DNA of 64,000 bases from Octopus sinensis. Taxonomy: Eukaryota. Position numbers and translations under genes: made by a program. The notes below the pieces were generated by a model. It worked only from the letters and a program-made list of their open reading frames with translations. It was not told where the DNA came from and did not search any database. Shown in pieces: positions 13,028 through 26,836 of this stretch. Each line of letters opens with the position of its first letter. The stretch's first letter is position 1. The stretch is from contig NC_043007.1 of assembly GCF_006345805.1 (NCBI RefSeq), positions 17,484,001 through 17,548,000 on the forward strand, written 5' to 3'.

Positions 13028-13370
13028 AAACAAGAGATTGCAATTGTCCCCTGGTGCAACTGCCTGCCAATGCTTCAGTTTCGGTGGATCTTTTCCATGT
13101 TGGTTTTGGTCTATGTTTGTGTCTTCCTTGGGAGTTTTGTCCATTGGTGAACTTTCCTTGTTCTATTGGAAACTGGTTCCCATAGGGTGTGCCCTAGCCT
13201 CTTCTTGATCTGGGTTTCAATAGGTTACTAGTTTGCCTGTTTCCACAAAACTTTCTTTGTGAGTTTCATTTGTTGTAAAGCTATAAAACAGCTGACATAT
13301 ATAACTTGGGTGAAACCATAATGATGAAGCTAGATATAGTTCTATCAAGAAATCATTAATATAAGAATTG

Positions 13371-13786
13371 GGATCTTTTCAGTTTGAATGGCAGTTTTTA
13401 ACATAATTTAATTTTTAACATAACCAAAAAATTTTTAAACTTCGTACACTGGTAGAATGTGTTTATAAAACATCTTTTTCTCTTGGCTTTATTGAGAAAA
13501 TTCTATAGTTTGTAAGATATTTGTTGTTTTTTTTCTTCAATTTCTGCAATTTCAACCAATCACTGACATCCATTAGGTAAAAAACATTCTGTGCCGTGTA
13601 TGAATATGTCCCTCGTTTAAGAAACAAATTGGGTTTATTTTCATTTGTGAAGAAAGAAAGATACCCTAACTAACCCTAACCCTAAAACAGATTGAAATGC
13701 AATAGATCGATACTAGGGTCATAATTATGGGTGACATTTTCATATGACACCGCTAGAAAAAACTGCCATTCAAACCGAAAAGATCC
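13371..13786. mobile_element. Merlin-like MITE (GGATCTTTTC TIR, 8-bp TSD)
   Basis: TIR GGATCTTTTCAGTTTGAATGGCAGTTTTT / AAAAACTGCCATTCAAACCGAAAAGATCC; TSD AAGAATTG. Confidence 0.85.
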
Positions 13787-13948
13787 AAGAATTGAACAGG
13801 TAGCTAAGACACCAGACATGTTTCTTATTCTAAAACAATCATCATTCAATGTTTGCTAAATTTATGTAAAAGAACGTTTTTTTTTTTAGTAACAATATCC
13901 AATATCTTTGATAACAGCTTGCTTATATTTCAATATTTTGTATTACAG

Positions 13949-14092
13949 ATCCTACGGAAGATAAAGCGATGTTTCATAATGCTTTGGAAATACTTTAAAG
14001 CAGGAAAGATGTGTCCTTATGCATACCCCCCTGCGGTAGGAATCTTCTCTGTGTATCCACAAGATCTAGAGCCGAGATATGTTCTTGGTTAA
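13949..14092 (+). CDS. Candidate terminal exon of an unidentified upstream gene
   Basis: Acceptor TTTTGTATTACAG; phase 0 gives ILRKIKRC...PRYVLG* (to 14092), phase 1 gives xPTEDKAMFHNALEIL* (to 13998); followed by about 1.4 kb of repeat-free UTR-like sequence with AATAAA near 15474. Confidence 0.35.
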   Translation: MLRKIKRCFIMLWKYFKAGKMCPYAYPPAVGIFSVYPQDLEPRYVLG

Positions 14093-17000
14093 TGGTAATG
14101 ACACTGGAAAAAAAAAATGTTAAATTATATATTTAACTTGAAAACATTAGGGAGTTGAATATATTTTAAGTTTTACTTTCTTTTATACACCTTTTGTCTT
14201 CCCTATATTCTTCTTTCTCTCTTTCTCTTTCTCCCCCCATTTCACATGTGTATGAAAGTCTGTAACACAACAGCTTAGCTCCTTGCCAAATTTGCTCCAC
14301 CCCCGGTTTTTTTTTTTTGTTTTTGTTTTTACATATGAGTTCCCTGTGTCTAGTCTTGCCCAATAAAGTCTTATGATGACAACAATAAACAAATAATTAT
14401 ATCCAGTCCATTCCAAAACTAAAATCCCAAGATACTCCTGAACAATAATCCTATTTAAAAAATTTACACATTCCAAATGTTTTTGATTTTTTTTTTGCAA
14501 AAAAAAAAAGAAGCAAAATAAACTTAACTTCATATCTTTTTTATTAAAGCAAACTATATACCATAGTGATAACGTTTGTCCTTCTTTGAAATATCTATCT
14601 ATAACAGTATCAGGCTTCTAATAACTATTATTCATCTTGTGTTCATTTTTTATGTTTTAATCCCAGCCGTATTCTTCTTTTGTCTGGTGCAACAGAAAAA
14701 AAAAAAATACTGGAACTGAAATCGGAAAATAAAGGAGCTTGATCAGGGATTTAACACATATTCTTTTTGGAAGAGAGTTTTGGGCACAAATTGTTAAATT
14801 TAAAATGTACTTTCACTTTCTCATTTCATTTTTGGACCACTGGTTCAGTGAGTGGTTACTCCAGTCTATGATTCCCAGTTTAGTAACTCCTTGAAGTTCC
14901 GCATCCTGCAGACACTTCACACGGTTCCTTTTAATACTCACACAGTTCATATGAGTAGCTGAAATTCGGTATTAAGGGAAGACAAACCTTTGTTACAAAA
15001 TCAGCCTTACTGCACTGTTTAATTAATTAGTGCTTCGTTATTTTGAGTTCACATTTTACCAAAGCTTATTCAGTTCTGCTGGTTATTTGCTTATAAAGTT
15101 GCAGCAGTTAAGAATTTCCAAGCATTGTGTAAACCAATTTATCACGTAGTTCTATTTTAACCAAGAATGTGAGCTGTTACATGTCAGTGAAGAAAATGTT
15201 ATGTTCTCCTTTCAACCCCTTACAGTGTAACAGCTAAATCTTTATCAATGACTATTTTACCAGTTTTCAAAATTGTGATCACATTTTAGACCAAAATGCC
15301 ATGATTAGAATCCTTAACCAAATAATCATCTCAGTTAGTGAAATAGGGTGGATATTGTAACAAAGATCTGTTCAGCTTAACATCTTTGGTTTTCTACTTC
15401 TGTTCTGTGTGTAATACAGCAAAACTGACCCATGGCTATCCTCATAAACAGCAACAGCTATTGTTTCACTGTTAATAAATAGTTTTTTAAATGTTTGATT
15501 TTTTTTTTAATTATCAATGACAGTTGATATTAATCATAGTGTTGTGTTTGGTCAGCAGGGGCTGGGGATTTTTTTTTTTTTTTTTTGGCATGAGGCAAAA
15601 TATAAGTACTTCTTCCAAAAGTTTGTGGCTTGTGCCTATGTAATAAATAATTATCAGTCTGAATAAGAAATGCTGGCCTGACCCTTATGGTTGTTTGCTA
15701 GACTTGAGAATGAGACAGAAAGGTCAAGCAAAAGCTTGATAAGGCTGACACAGCTGATTACTCGGCTCTCAATTTCTACAAGTTGATGTTTGTTTTCAAA
15801 GAACCAAATTCTTCTTGATATTCAGTTTGAGGTCTTAGGGCTGTTGGCTCAAATTTTACTTGTTACTGGTTGATTTCAATGAAAACTAATATACAAAATA
15901 CCAGTAAAGTATTTCACTGGGGCCTAAGTTTTGAACTCCCTCTTAGATTCAGGTTCAATGTATGTGACTTTATTTATTTGCTAATACAACTAAACCAAAT
16001 AAGGGAGCTTCTGTGCTAAGGATTGGTTGCAGGTGGACCACTGAAATATTCTCTTTGAGTCTCAAACATTTATCTTTATTTCTTTTATTTGTTTCAGTCA
16101 CTGGACTGTGGCCATGCTGAAGCACCGTTTTGAATCAACCTCAGTACTTTTTTTTTTAAGTCTAGCACATTCTGTTGGCCTTTTTTGCTGAACTGTTAAG
16201 TTACAAGAACATAAACAAACCAACACCTGTTGTCATGTGGCAGGGGGACCAATACCAACACACACACACACACACACACACGCATACATGTGTACATATG
16301 ATGGGCTTCCATACAGTTTCCATCTACCAAATTCACTCTCAAGGCATTAGTTGATTTGGGGTTATTGTAAAAAAACATTTACCCAAGGTGCTGTGCAGAG
16401 GGACTGAACCTAAAACCATTTGGTTTAGACATGAGCCTCTAACCCAGGCCACTGAACAGTTGATGGCTTTTAAACAGTCTTTTGTAATAATTTGATTTTT
16501 GCTTACATAAACATTGCCAGGGATGGGAAAAAAAGATAGGTGGTGGGCATGCAAGGATATTATTATCTGTAAGATATGATTAACATATAAGCCATAAACA
16601 CATCTAAAAATATCAAGTAGGCCATTATGAAAAGTTATTGATCACTACCCCCAGACTGCTAGTCATAGCAGCAAAACACCCTCAAATTACACCTTCCTTT
16701 TTTTTTAAAAAAAAAAGGAAGAATGTTGAATGTGTAGTCCTAAAATACACTATGTAGGAAAAAACCGTAGCATTCTTTTACTAGTTTTCAATGGGTGTAC
16801 TCCGGTCATGCTGGAGTACACCCTTTCAAGGTTTTAATCAATTGTATTGACCCTAGGGTTTTGTCTGGTAATTATTTCATTGTTCTTGTAAGGTATGATA
16901 TGCATGGTGGACAAAGGCGTCAAGGGAGATAACTCAATAAGTTGACCTTTAATACTTCATAACTTTATTGGCCACACAGGGCTGAACCCAGGCTTCTTTC

Positions 17001-17729
17001 GGTTTCTGTCTGCTCACAGTGCCACACATTGGAACTGAACCCAGAACCATGTGGTTGCGAAGCAACTTTTTTTTTCCCCACTTACTACTTAATTAGTTTA
17101 TATCAGTAAAAATCCATATATATATATGTATGATGATGATGATATATATACATATGATGATGATGATGATATATATATATACAATGATGGGTTCTGGTCT
17201 ATTGAATTTCACCCTTACGTTGACTCAAGGTAATAGCAGAAGACACGTGCTCAAAGTGCCACACAACAAGATCAAGCTTGAAGCGATAGAGCTACAAAGC
17301 AAATTTCTTAATCACAGCCTTGGTCTGCACATCAGACAGCTGTTAGTGTTTTGATATAAAGGGATGCAATTTGAAATCCCAACATAAACACACACACACA
17401 CCACACACACACACACACATACATGCATATATCATCATCATCATTTAACATCTGTTATCCATGCTGGCACGCACACACACACGCGCATATATATATATAT
17501 ACACACACACACATATATACATATATATATATTTATATATATACAAGATAAGAAAATGGAGAAATACATCTAAATCATTTATCAACTACCAGATAATACC
17601 CAATCACATACTTTATTAAACCACTACATAAGAACATTAGGGTTAAACATAAAAATATACAACAAAACAGCAGTATATTGGATATATGTTATCCCATGGA
17701 GGGTTGAATTTGCAACCCCTATCTCAATT

Positions 17730-17768
<39 letters not shown>

Positions 17769-18515
17769 TCACACACACACAACAGATTTAATATAATTTC
17801 CAACTATAAAATCTCGTTCTTAAGTCTACCAAAGAAGACACATACCTAAGGTGCTACATAATGGGACTGAACTGGAAAGAATATAGCTATGTTTATACCT
17901 AGCATAGTTTTTTTCTCTTTCTAATTTTTCATTTTCTTCCCATTTAGACACCTTTACAAGAGGTTATATAATACTCACCCTTGCTCATGAAAGAAAATGG
18001 AACGTTTCTTTTTTTGTTGGTGTTTAATACTAAAGCTTAAGAAAGCGTGTAAGTATCATTATTATGGTGATAACAGATGGCGTGGCCTGGAGTAAATACT
18101 TTGTGCTGTTTAGTAATGTTCTGAGTTTGAATCCTATTAGGATTGTTTTTGCTTTCCATCATTTCAGGGTTGATAAAATAAATAAACAGTCTATTAATGG
18201 GGCCATGGTATGAACTAACATCCTCCCCCAAAAAATCACTGGTCTTGTTCCTAAATTAGAAGAAAAGAATCCTATTATTAGGAGAGTAAATAACAGATGG
18301 TATAAATGCCTCGTTCTGTTTAATTATATTGTGAATTCAAATTCTGCCAAGGCTAACTTTGCATTTCGTCTTTCCAGCTTTGATAAAATAGGTAACTAGC
18401 AAAGGACTGTGATCTCATCAATTGTACTCTACCTCCACTCTAAAATAAGTGACCTTGTTCTTTAGTTAGCAATCATAGTGTAGTAAGGAAGCTGATGAAC
18501 TGGCAGAATTGGCAA

Positions 18516-18933
18516 AAGGCGGCGAGCTGGCAGAATCGTTAGCATGCCGGGCGAAATGCTTAGAGGTATTTCGTCTGCTGCTACGTTCTGAGTTCAAATT
18601 CCGCCAAGGTCGACTTTGCCTTTCATCCTTTCAGGGTCGATTAAATAAGTACCAGTTACGCACTGGGGTCGATATAATCGACTTAATCATTTTGTCTGTC
18701 CTTGTTTGGCCTCTCTGTGTTTAGCCCCTTGAGGGTAGTAAAGAAATAGGTATTTCGTCTGCCGTTAGGTTCTGAGTTCAAGTTCCACCGCGATCGACTT
18801 TGCCTTTCATCCTTACGGGGTCAATAAATTAAGTACCAGTTACACACTGGGGTCGATGTAATCGACTTAATCCCTTTGTCTCTCCTTGTTTGTCCCCTCT
18901 ATGTTTAGCCCCTTGTGGGCAATAAAGAAATAA
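18516..18933 (+). mobile_element. Dimeric family A SINE
   Basis: Head plus two bodies; flanking duplication GAACTGGCAGAATTG. Confidence 0.85.
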
Positions 18934-20942
18934 GAACTGGCAGAATTGTTTGTATATCTTAGTGGCATTTCTTCTGGCTCTGTAACCCTTTTGGTGTCTA
19001 CCTGTTTGAGACCACCCTGGGTCAATAGTACAAATTTCCTGTTTTAAAGGTCGTATAAATTATAACTTTCCATTAAAATTTCAAGTTAATTGGTTTCAAA
19101 CACCAGCTTAATCAGTTATTTTCCTAAATTCTTCAGTACTTTCAAAATTAAATGATACAAAGACAGTATGTTTCAGTAAAATTTCGCCACGGTCATCTTT
19201 GTCTTTCATCCTTTCGGGGTTGATAAAACAAGTACCAGTTTAACAATAAGGTTGATGTAATCAACTAACCCTGTTCCCCTTAAAATTGCTGGCCTTGTGC
19301 CAAAATTTGAAACAATTTTTAGGGCAGTAAATGGTAGAAACAATAGTACTGAATCAAATTCCTTGTAGTATTTAGTTACGTATCTTTATAACCTAAGTGC
19401 AAACCCTACAATGATCTTGAAATACGTACTGTATTTATTGTAATTGATTCCACTGCTTATACAAAGTTAAGACATTCTTATTAACTAATTATCTTTTGAT
19501 TACACACTAAATTAATTTTTGAAGGTGGTGCAGTATAGTCAACTGAATTTGACTTCAATATATTACAAGTAGTTATTGCTGACAATTTTACAAGAATAGG
19601 AATATATTTTGCTTGTTTCAATCATTAGACTGTGACCATTCTGGAGCCCTGCCTTAAAAAATTTAGCTGGACAGACGGACCCCAGTACTTTATTTTTAAA
19701 ATTTGTTACTTATTTTATTGGTCTCTTTTACCAAACTGTTAGGTCATAGGGACATAAACAAACTAACACCAGTTGTCAAGCAGGTGGGGAGGGCACAATA
19801 CCAACACAAGATATATATACAAAATCATATTGTTGCTATTATGCAAAAGTAGCGTAAATCCAAAACATTGCTTTTTTCAGAAAATGAAGAAGTAGTTTCA
19901 CCATTCCATAGCCAAACTGTTGTACTTTGACAATTTTTGATATCTTGGCATCTGAAGCAGCTGGAGATACGATAGTTTGACAAAAAGAACCAGCTTTTGC
20001 AAACAAAAAGAAATATTGAAAAACAAATATGTACTTAGCCAAATTTGGACATACGACAGTTTAACATAATAACAACAATATGTGTGTGTGAGCTGTTAAG
20101 TACATGTCCAGTCATAGTATGATCAATGGTTTTGCAAGGATGTGAAACCATTGGTCACTATGCTTTACCGTATTTTTCTTTTTTGGATATATGATATGCT
20201 GACGAGATATATATGTGTGTGTGTGTGATGGGCTTTCAGTTTCCATCTACCAAATCCACTCACAAGGCTTTGGTCAGTCCAGGACTGTTGTAAAAAAACA
20301 CATATCCAAGGTGCCAAGTAGTGGGACTGAACCAGGAACTATGTGGTTGGAAAGCAAATTTCTTACCACTTGATTCCTTTTTTTTTTTCTTCTTGTAAAC
20401 CAATCCTAACTCTTAGCTCGAGTTTATTATTTGTTTTTTTAAAAGAACTTGAAAAGCTATGAACAAGAGACCATTAAATGTATTTGCTGTTCAGAGTTGA
20501 AGCATTTTCAATTTGACAGATTCTTATGAAGAAAAAACCAAGAAATATATTATCTTTGAATTTACAGATAGCATATCTGCTTTTTTTATTTTTAAAACTT
20601 ATCTAATAACACCAAAATTTGACTCACTGAGAAAATAACCTTCACCAACTTTCTATTATTTTTACCACAAACATCAACCTTTTGTAGGAGGTGGGTGTTA
20701 ATACACAAGATAAAAGCAGAAAAGATCAAGTAAATTCTTATGTTTTGGACTAACTTTCTAATTATGAATCTCTCTGTTAATGACAAAGTAGTATTGTAAT
20801 TGGCTTGAAGCATTGCAATATGTGTAATAAAGATGTTAGCTAAAACCTGAGAAACGCAGGTGAGATTTTAAGCAAAATATCTAAGGTGATGATGTCAATA
20901 AATGAAAACAGAGAAAAAGATAATTTCATGAAATTTGTTTAA

Positions 20943-21164
20943 CCCTTTAGTTTTTTTTAACCGGCCACATCTGGTCCAGATATTCTACTTGTTTTATATT
21001 TGAACTAGCCATATCTAACCTCTCACACCTAACCTACATTGACATTCTAAAAATAAGCAATCACATCATTGAAACCTCAAAGCTATAAGATAATGCATGA
21101 TTAATTCAAAACAATTTGAGTGGAAAAGTATTACATTTAACAGAGTAATCTGAACCCTAAAAGG
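20943..21164. mobile_element. piggyBac-like MITE (second subfamily)
   Basis: TTAA|CCCTTTAG...CTAAAAGG|TTAA; near-identical to 48016-48235. Confidence 0.8.
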
Positions 21165-21397
21165 TTAATGAGTTTGTAATATCTCATGAAAATTTGTCCT
21201 TTTCAAATAGAAGAAAGAAAATAACCAAGGAGCTCACAGGCCATTTTAGCATGTTACCAAATTCTTTCATTGTTTTCTTTCTTGCATTTGAGAAGGGAGA
21301 TTTTTCTCAAAACATTATTGGCTCATTAAACAATCTAAAATGATACAATAAGTTTTTTTTTTTTTTTTGTTTCCATTCATTGACATCATCTTATATA

Positions 21398-21910
21398 CTG
21401 TAAATCCTCGAGTATAATCCACATTTTTTTCCCCAAAATTTAAAGGTCAAAATCCCTAGTGCGTACTATATACGAGGTTAAAAATGAAAATTATTTTCTG
21501 AGCAATGTCCGAGTCTCTATTTGCTGTCCGGCAATGTTTATTCAGACGCATTTTGTGATGTCGGGCGCGAAAATACCTTAAGCTAAGCCTGAAAGCAATG
21601 GAGTCATAAAAGAATCATCCAGAACTTGCTGCAAGCAACATTTATTAAACGTTATTACTGTTATTTCTTTATTTTCTGCAAACAAAATGCACAAAAAAGC
21701 TACACGTTTGCATTATGTTATATATACAATAATAATAAAGGACGTTACCGTATAAATTTTTACAAACCAAGTACGTTATATAGACCTCCTTGACTCAAGT
21801 TAGAGAAGGGGTACGTATCATACATAAGGTTTAGGTTTTTCAGAGGTACAGCCCCCTAAAAATCCCCTACGTATTATACTCAAGGGCAGACTATACTTGA
21901 GGATTTACGG
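21398..21910. mobile_element. Tc1/mariner-superfamily (pogo/Tc2-like) MITE
   Basis: TA|CTGTAAATCCTCGAGTATA ... TATACTTGAGGATTTACGG|TA. Confidence 0.8.
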
Positions 21911-24066
21911 TATTTTGCTTAACTCCCCATCTGCATTGCTCAATGGTTTCCACTAACATTTATCGTATTTAGGGTGATAAAATATTTATAAAAAGCTAAT
22001 TTGAACTGAAGTTCAATTGTCTTTCAAGATTTCTACAAAAAGGGCTTGTATTTCCCTTAAGTCTTTTTTTTTTTTTTTTATATGTATATATTTCATACTT
22101 TTGTTACTCTGATAATAATTTGACAGATGGTTAAAAAAAAAAAACTTAATCTGGTTTGTTTGAATTTGTAAGTCAACAGATCCAGAAAGTATTGTGTGAA
22201 AGTGAAGGAAAAAAAAACAAGATAAAAACAGTATATATTGCTATTTATTTGTTGAAACATATGCAAATATAATTTAAACTAAAAAGCTTTGGGTATTTAC
22301 CCCACCCTCAGCAATTAGTATTAAATCACTGCATTTCAGTTATAAGCCATGTTGTTCTGACTCTTGTTTCAATGACATTTTGTCTTCCATTTTCATGCCT
22401 CAAATGGTTTCTTTATGAATATCTGCTGCTTTTCAAACAAGCGTGCTGCTACTTCTTCCCATCCCTCATCCCCCAGCATTTTTTAAAGCTACCATGCTTA
22501 ATAGTAACAAAATATTGATACTAAAAAGGCAGAAGCAGTCATCATTTTGTGTGAAAAATTAATTTTTAACATGTTCTGGTAATTTCGTTTTACTTTACCA
22601 AGCAATAATTTACTACAAACCTGTAAATAATGACTATGAAATTTGCAGTTCCGTGATGTTATTGTCTATGAACATTATTGATTTCATAGTTTGTCTCTGT
22701 CTTTCTAAAATAGTTCAAAACAGCATATTCTGCAGCATTCACTTTTCCCATTTTTATTTCATCCAACCTCAATATTTTCCTGCCACAATCATTTGCTTTA
22801 TTGAATTGTAAAACAAATGAAAGTAGTTAAAATTTGCAAGAGAAGCAGAATGTGTAAAAATCAAAACTATGCTTTTGTCAATAGTTTCATTGGTACCTTT
22901 TAAATTCTCAAATGATCTGAGTTTATTTAATCAGAAACCTTCCAGCTCTCAAATATATTTCAATAACTGATTTGTTCTCAAAGCATTGCTAATCACTAAT
23001 GGAGTATTCGTTTACTCACAATTTTTACTGGTTTTCCTATAAAACTGATTTCATATTCCGTTTTTTATTGCAATTATATTTGCACAAACTATCTGCTTGC
23101 TTTTACCCCCAGTTGAATAAAATATTTTTTATTATTATAACTGCTTTCTGTTATATTTTAATCTCTCTCACATCTTGCTGGTAAGTTCACTTGCTTCAAT
23201 TGCTTCTTTTGTTTAACATCTTCATATATTCTTCAGTTCTTGTGAGGGGAGGGGCACAACATGCATAAATATCACTTCATTGTAACATTTCAATCATTAT
23301 TATGTTTCTGTATTAGCCACACAGGGTTGCACACAGACGGGACAGATTACAAAGTGGGGCTTTTCTTTATGGGGAGAAAAGAAGAAAAAAAAAAGAGGGG
23401 TAGGTTTTCGATCAAAAGGGATCGTAAAAGGGAAAGAAAAGGAAAAAGAAGAAAAACGATCAATAGGGATCGTGTATCACAGAAATGTCATGATGTAAGG
23501 TGTAAAGGGAGAAGCAGATAAGGTTTATCCGTGGAAAGAAAAGCCTATGGAAAAGACCATGGTAACCTCGGTCAATAATGTCACCTGTTAACACTTGTTT
23601 GCAAGTACGTAACCCACTGTTTTAAATTTTTCCGGGTTCATAGGATTAAGAAAATATCACCAGCTTTTTGACTCTCCCAAAATCTTCCAGAAAAAGAATA
23701 ATCCATATAAGAAGGATTTTCCTAGGCAACATTTCTCAAGAAATCTGACATTTAAACTAAGAGAATGGTAGGGCATGGAGATGGGGACAATCATCATAAG
23801 AATACTAGAAAGCTCGCTTTCTAAGCTGTGCTGCAGATTAATTCATAAAATTGATTTGCTTCTTGTGAAAAGTTGCATGATTATGACTAATGATAACTAA
23901 TCAACAAGCTTAATTAATCCTCTAAAATATATAATATGAAATTTTGTTTAACTTCAATCTTTACTTATTTCAAAAATATGCAAATTTAAATCAAAATAAA
24001 TAATCATGTTACTAATCCTCACTCACTAAAATCACTGCCTTTTTTGCCAAAATTTGAAGCCATTGT

Positions 24067-24437
24067 TATTATCTCTTCCTTAGCGAAGGCTGCAGTATTT
24101 TCAGTCGTGTTTGTATGTTTGTCTGTGTACAAGATATCTCAAGAACCACTGGATGGATTCGGATGAAACTTTCAGAGATGCTTGGCCTTGTGACTGGCAC
24201 AAACTGATTAGATTTTGGGATTGATCCAGTACTGGACAAGGATTTTGGATTATTTTTCTTGTTTTTTTGACTTAATCTTTGAGGGTGGTTAGGTTCATTT
24301 TTAGCATTCTCGTTTGTGAGAGCAGTCGAGTTTATTTCAGATATTCTCATTTTAAAAAAAACCCATCTCTGGCTAATTGTTGAGAGGACATTGGTGTTGC
24401 CTTGGTGGAGGTTTGCACCCTCTGAGTGCTCTTGTTA
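24067..24437 (+). mobile_element. Helentron/HINE-like non-autonomous element
   Basis: 5' hairpin region, internal (TGTT/TGTC)n, 3' GGTGGAGGT then hairpin GCACCCTCTGAGTGC; second copy at 27717-28080. Confidence 0.65.
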
Positions 24438-25469
24438 CTATTATTATAAGGCAACCAGCTGGCAGAATTGTTTGCATGCTGGGCAAAATGCTTAACAGTA
24501 TTTCATCTTCAGATTCTGAATTCAAACTCCAAGGTCGGCTTCCCCTTTCATCTTTTCAGAAAACTATGTAGCTGCAAAGCATGCTTCTTAACCACACAGC
24601 CACACCTGCATCTATGTCGAATATTCTGATGATAAGGATGAAGATTTCTTGTATAAGATTCTTCTACACTATCATCATACCTCAAAGATTGCCAACATCA
24701 TGCTAAGACTTGATAATTTTTTGCCAATGTGTCCTCAAAGCCTCTAATCAACTCAAAATTAGTACCTTCTTGTCCAGGACATCAGAGAGTATTTTCAGAA
24801 AATGTGATACAATTCCTGTTATTTAACTGAATTGACAGAAAATCTTCATCGGGGGTTCTCAACCAGAGTCCATAGAAGATCTTGCTGTCAAAATTTATAT
24901 GCTATAAATTGGTTATATTTCTTCAAGACACAAACTATTAAAACATTCTTTTTATGTAATTCCTTATATTAATTATAAAAATATAATGATTTTTTTAAAC
25001 ATTGAATGGTTCTGTGAGTTCACCTGAGCAAAATAAGAATCGACGGGATCCATATGAAAAAAAATGTTGTTGATAAACACTGATCTACATAATCATCTGA
25101 TCTGCTAAAAATAGCAGCTAAGTCTAGCCTCAAATAGTAGCCAACAAACATTTTCTTTTTTTAAATAAACAAGATACATTCAGTAATGTATTATGGAGAG
25201 AGAGAGAGGAGGAAGAACACTTTTGATGTGTTTTTACAGAACTGACTTCAGTTTAAACAACCTGTGCAATTAACTATCTTGTCAGGAAAAGTAACAAAAT
25301 GCTTGAAGTTGATCCGAACTCGAAACCCAAATGTTTGTAACACAATGCTTTACTCTGTAGGCTTTTGTTCTTTTCTATTCTATATTTAAGGAACCCTTAA
25401 CACAAATCTATCAATTTACAAAAGGCAAGAAAGTGATATTGGGACGATGGTGGGGGCATGGCCAGCAAG

Positions 25470-25832
25470 TGGAGGCGCAATGGCCCAGTGGTTAGGGCAG
25501 CAGACTCGCGGTCAGAGGAACGCGGTTTCGATTCCCCGTTGTGTGTGTTTATTGAGTGAAAACACCGAAAAGCTCCACGAGGCTCCGGCAGGGGGTGGTG
25601 GCGACCCCCGTTGTACTCTTTCGCTCCAACTTTCACTCTTTCTTCCTGTTTCTTGTCCCCGACTTCCTACGCAACCGCTGAGCGTGGATGCGCATTTCAT
25701 CCATCCGTCGATGCTCTCGATGTCGGGGGTTGGCCTGCTTTCTCTTCTGCGGGTCTTACGAATAGCAAAGGACCACGTTTCGGACTTCTCCCACAGGGAC
25801 GAAGACCGCTTCGCTCAACCAACGAACAAACA
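25470..25832 (+). mobile_element. tRNA-derived SINE family D, tail type 1
   Basis: TGGAGGCGCAATGGCCCAGTGGTTAGGGCAG head, GGTTTCGATTCCC B box, (AAC/AAAC)n tail; matches 30181-30570 and 32006-32381. Confidence 0.85.
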
Positions 25833-26602
25833 AGCCTGACCATCAATTTCTATTATGTAAAGGGAAACAACTTTGTGCTTACTCTAAGTTTTTGTCTGGA
25901 AATTTATAGTAGCATGGGGGTATTTATCTCTTTATTTTTATCGAGCGACTAGTCGACAAGAATCAACTTGCTTCTATGACTGGTATTTCCTTTTACCGAT
26001 CCCAATGAGATAAAAGTTAAAGGCAAACTCAGGCGTGATCTGAATTCGTAATGTAGATAGAAGAAACTCGCTGCTGCAAGATACTTTGGTCCTGTTTCAT
26101 ATCTTTTCATGTTTAGTTTTTAAAGAGTTTACATTTTAAAGATTTATTGCCTTAGAATTTAAAGTGAAGTGAAATGGTTTCAACACAGATATGAAACCAG
26201 ACTGGCACTTCGTTTCTACTTACCACTTCACCATAACTGACAAATAAATTATAAAATGAATGATAAGACCTTTTATCTATGTATGATAAGAATTATAAGA
26301 AGTTCTGTAGAACTACTGTATTTACTCGGATATAAGTCAAACCCCTAATTTAGTGTTAAATCTTGGTACAAATTTTTTTCTTTTCATATTCAAACTGGCC
26401 CCTTGTATAAGTCATACCCCAGTTTTTTGGGGGGGTTTTCAGTTACAATCAAGTATAAAATGGTGTGACTTATATACGAATGAATATATATATATTGTAG
26501 CTTATAAAAGTTTACTCTTACTCTTTTACTTGGTTCAGTCATTTGACTGTGGCCATGTTGGAGCACCGCCTTTAGTCGAACAAAAGGAGGTACCTGAGGA
26601 CT

Positions 26603-26836
26603 AAGGCAGCAAGCTGGCAGAAACGTTAGCACGCCGGGCAAAATGCTTAGCGGTATTTTGTCTGCCGTTACGTTCTGAGTTCAAATTCCGCCGAGGTCAA
26701 CTTTGCCTTTCATCCTTTCAGGGTCGATAAATTAAGTACCAGTTATGCACTGAGGTCGATATAATCGACTTAATCCGTGTGTCTGTCCTTGTTTGTCCCC
26801 TCTGTGTTTAGCCCCTTGTGGGCAATAAAGAAATAA
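26603..26836 (+). mobile_element. Family A SINE
   Basis: Full-length match to the family. Confidence 0.85.

Noticed and set aside
13664-13686. CCCTAA repeats as a telomere (also 33013-33025, 40035, 44191)
   Set aside because: Only 2-3 imperfect units, mostly inside MITEs
21920-23230. Repeat-free stretch with a CTG|GTAAGT donor-like site near 23181
   Set aside because: No convincing reading frame or paired acceptor; may be UTR or non-coding but cannot be supported from sequence
25470-25540. tRNA genes at SINE heads (also 456-530, 30181, 55758)
   Set aside because: A/B boxes are present but acceptor stems are not intact and each continues into a repeat body
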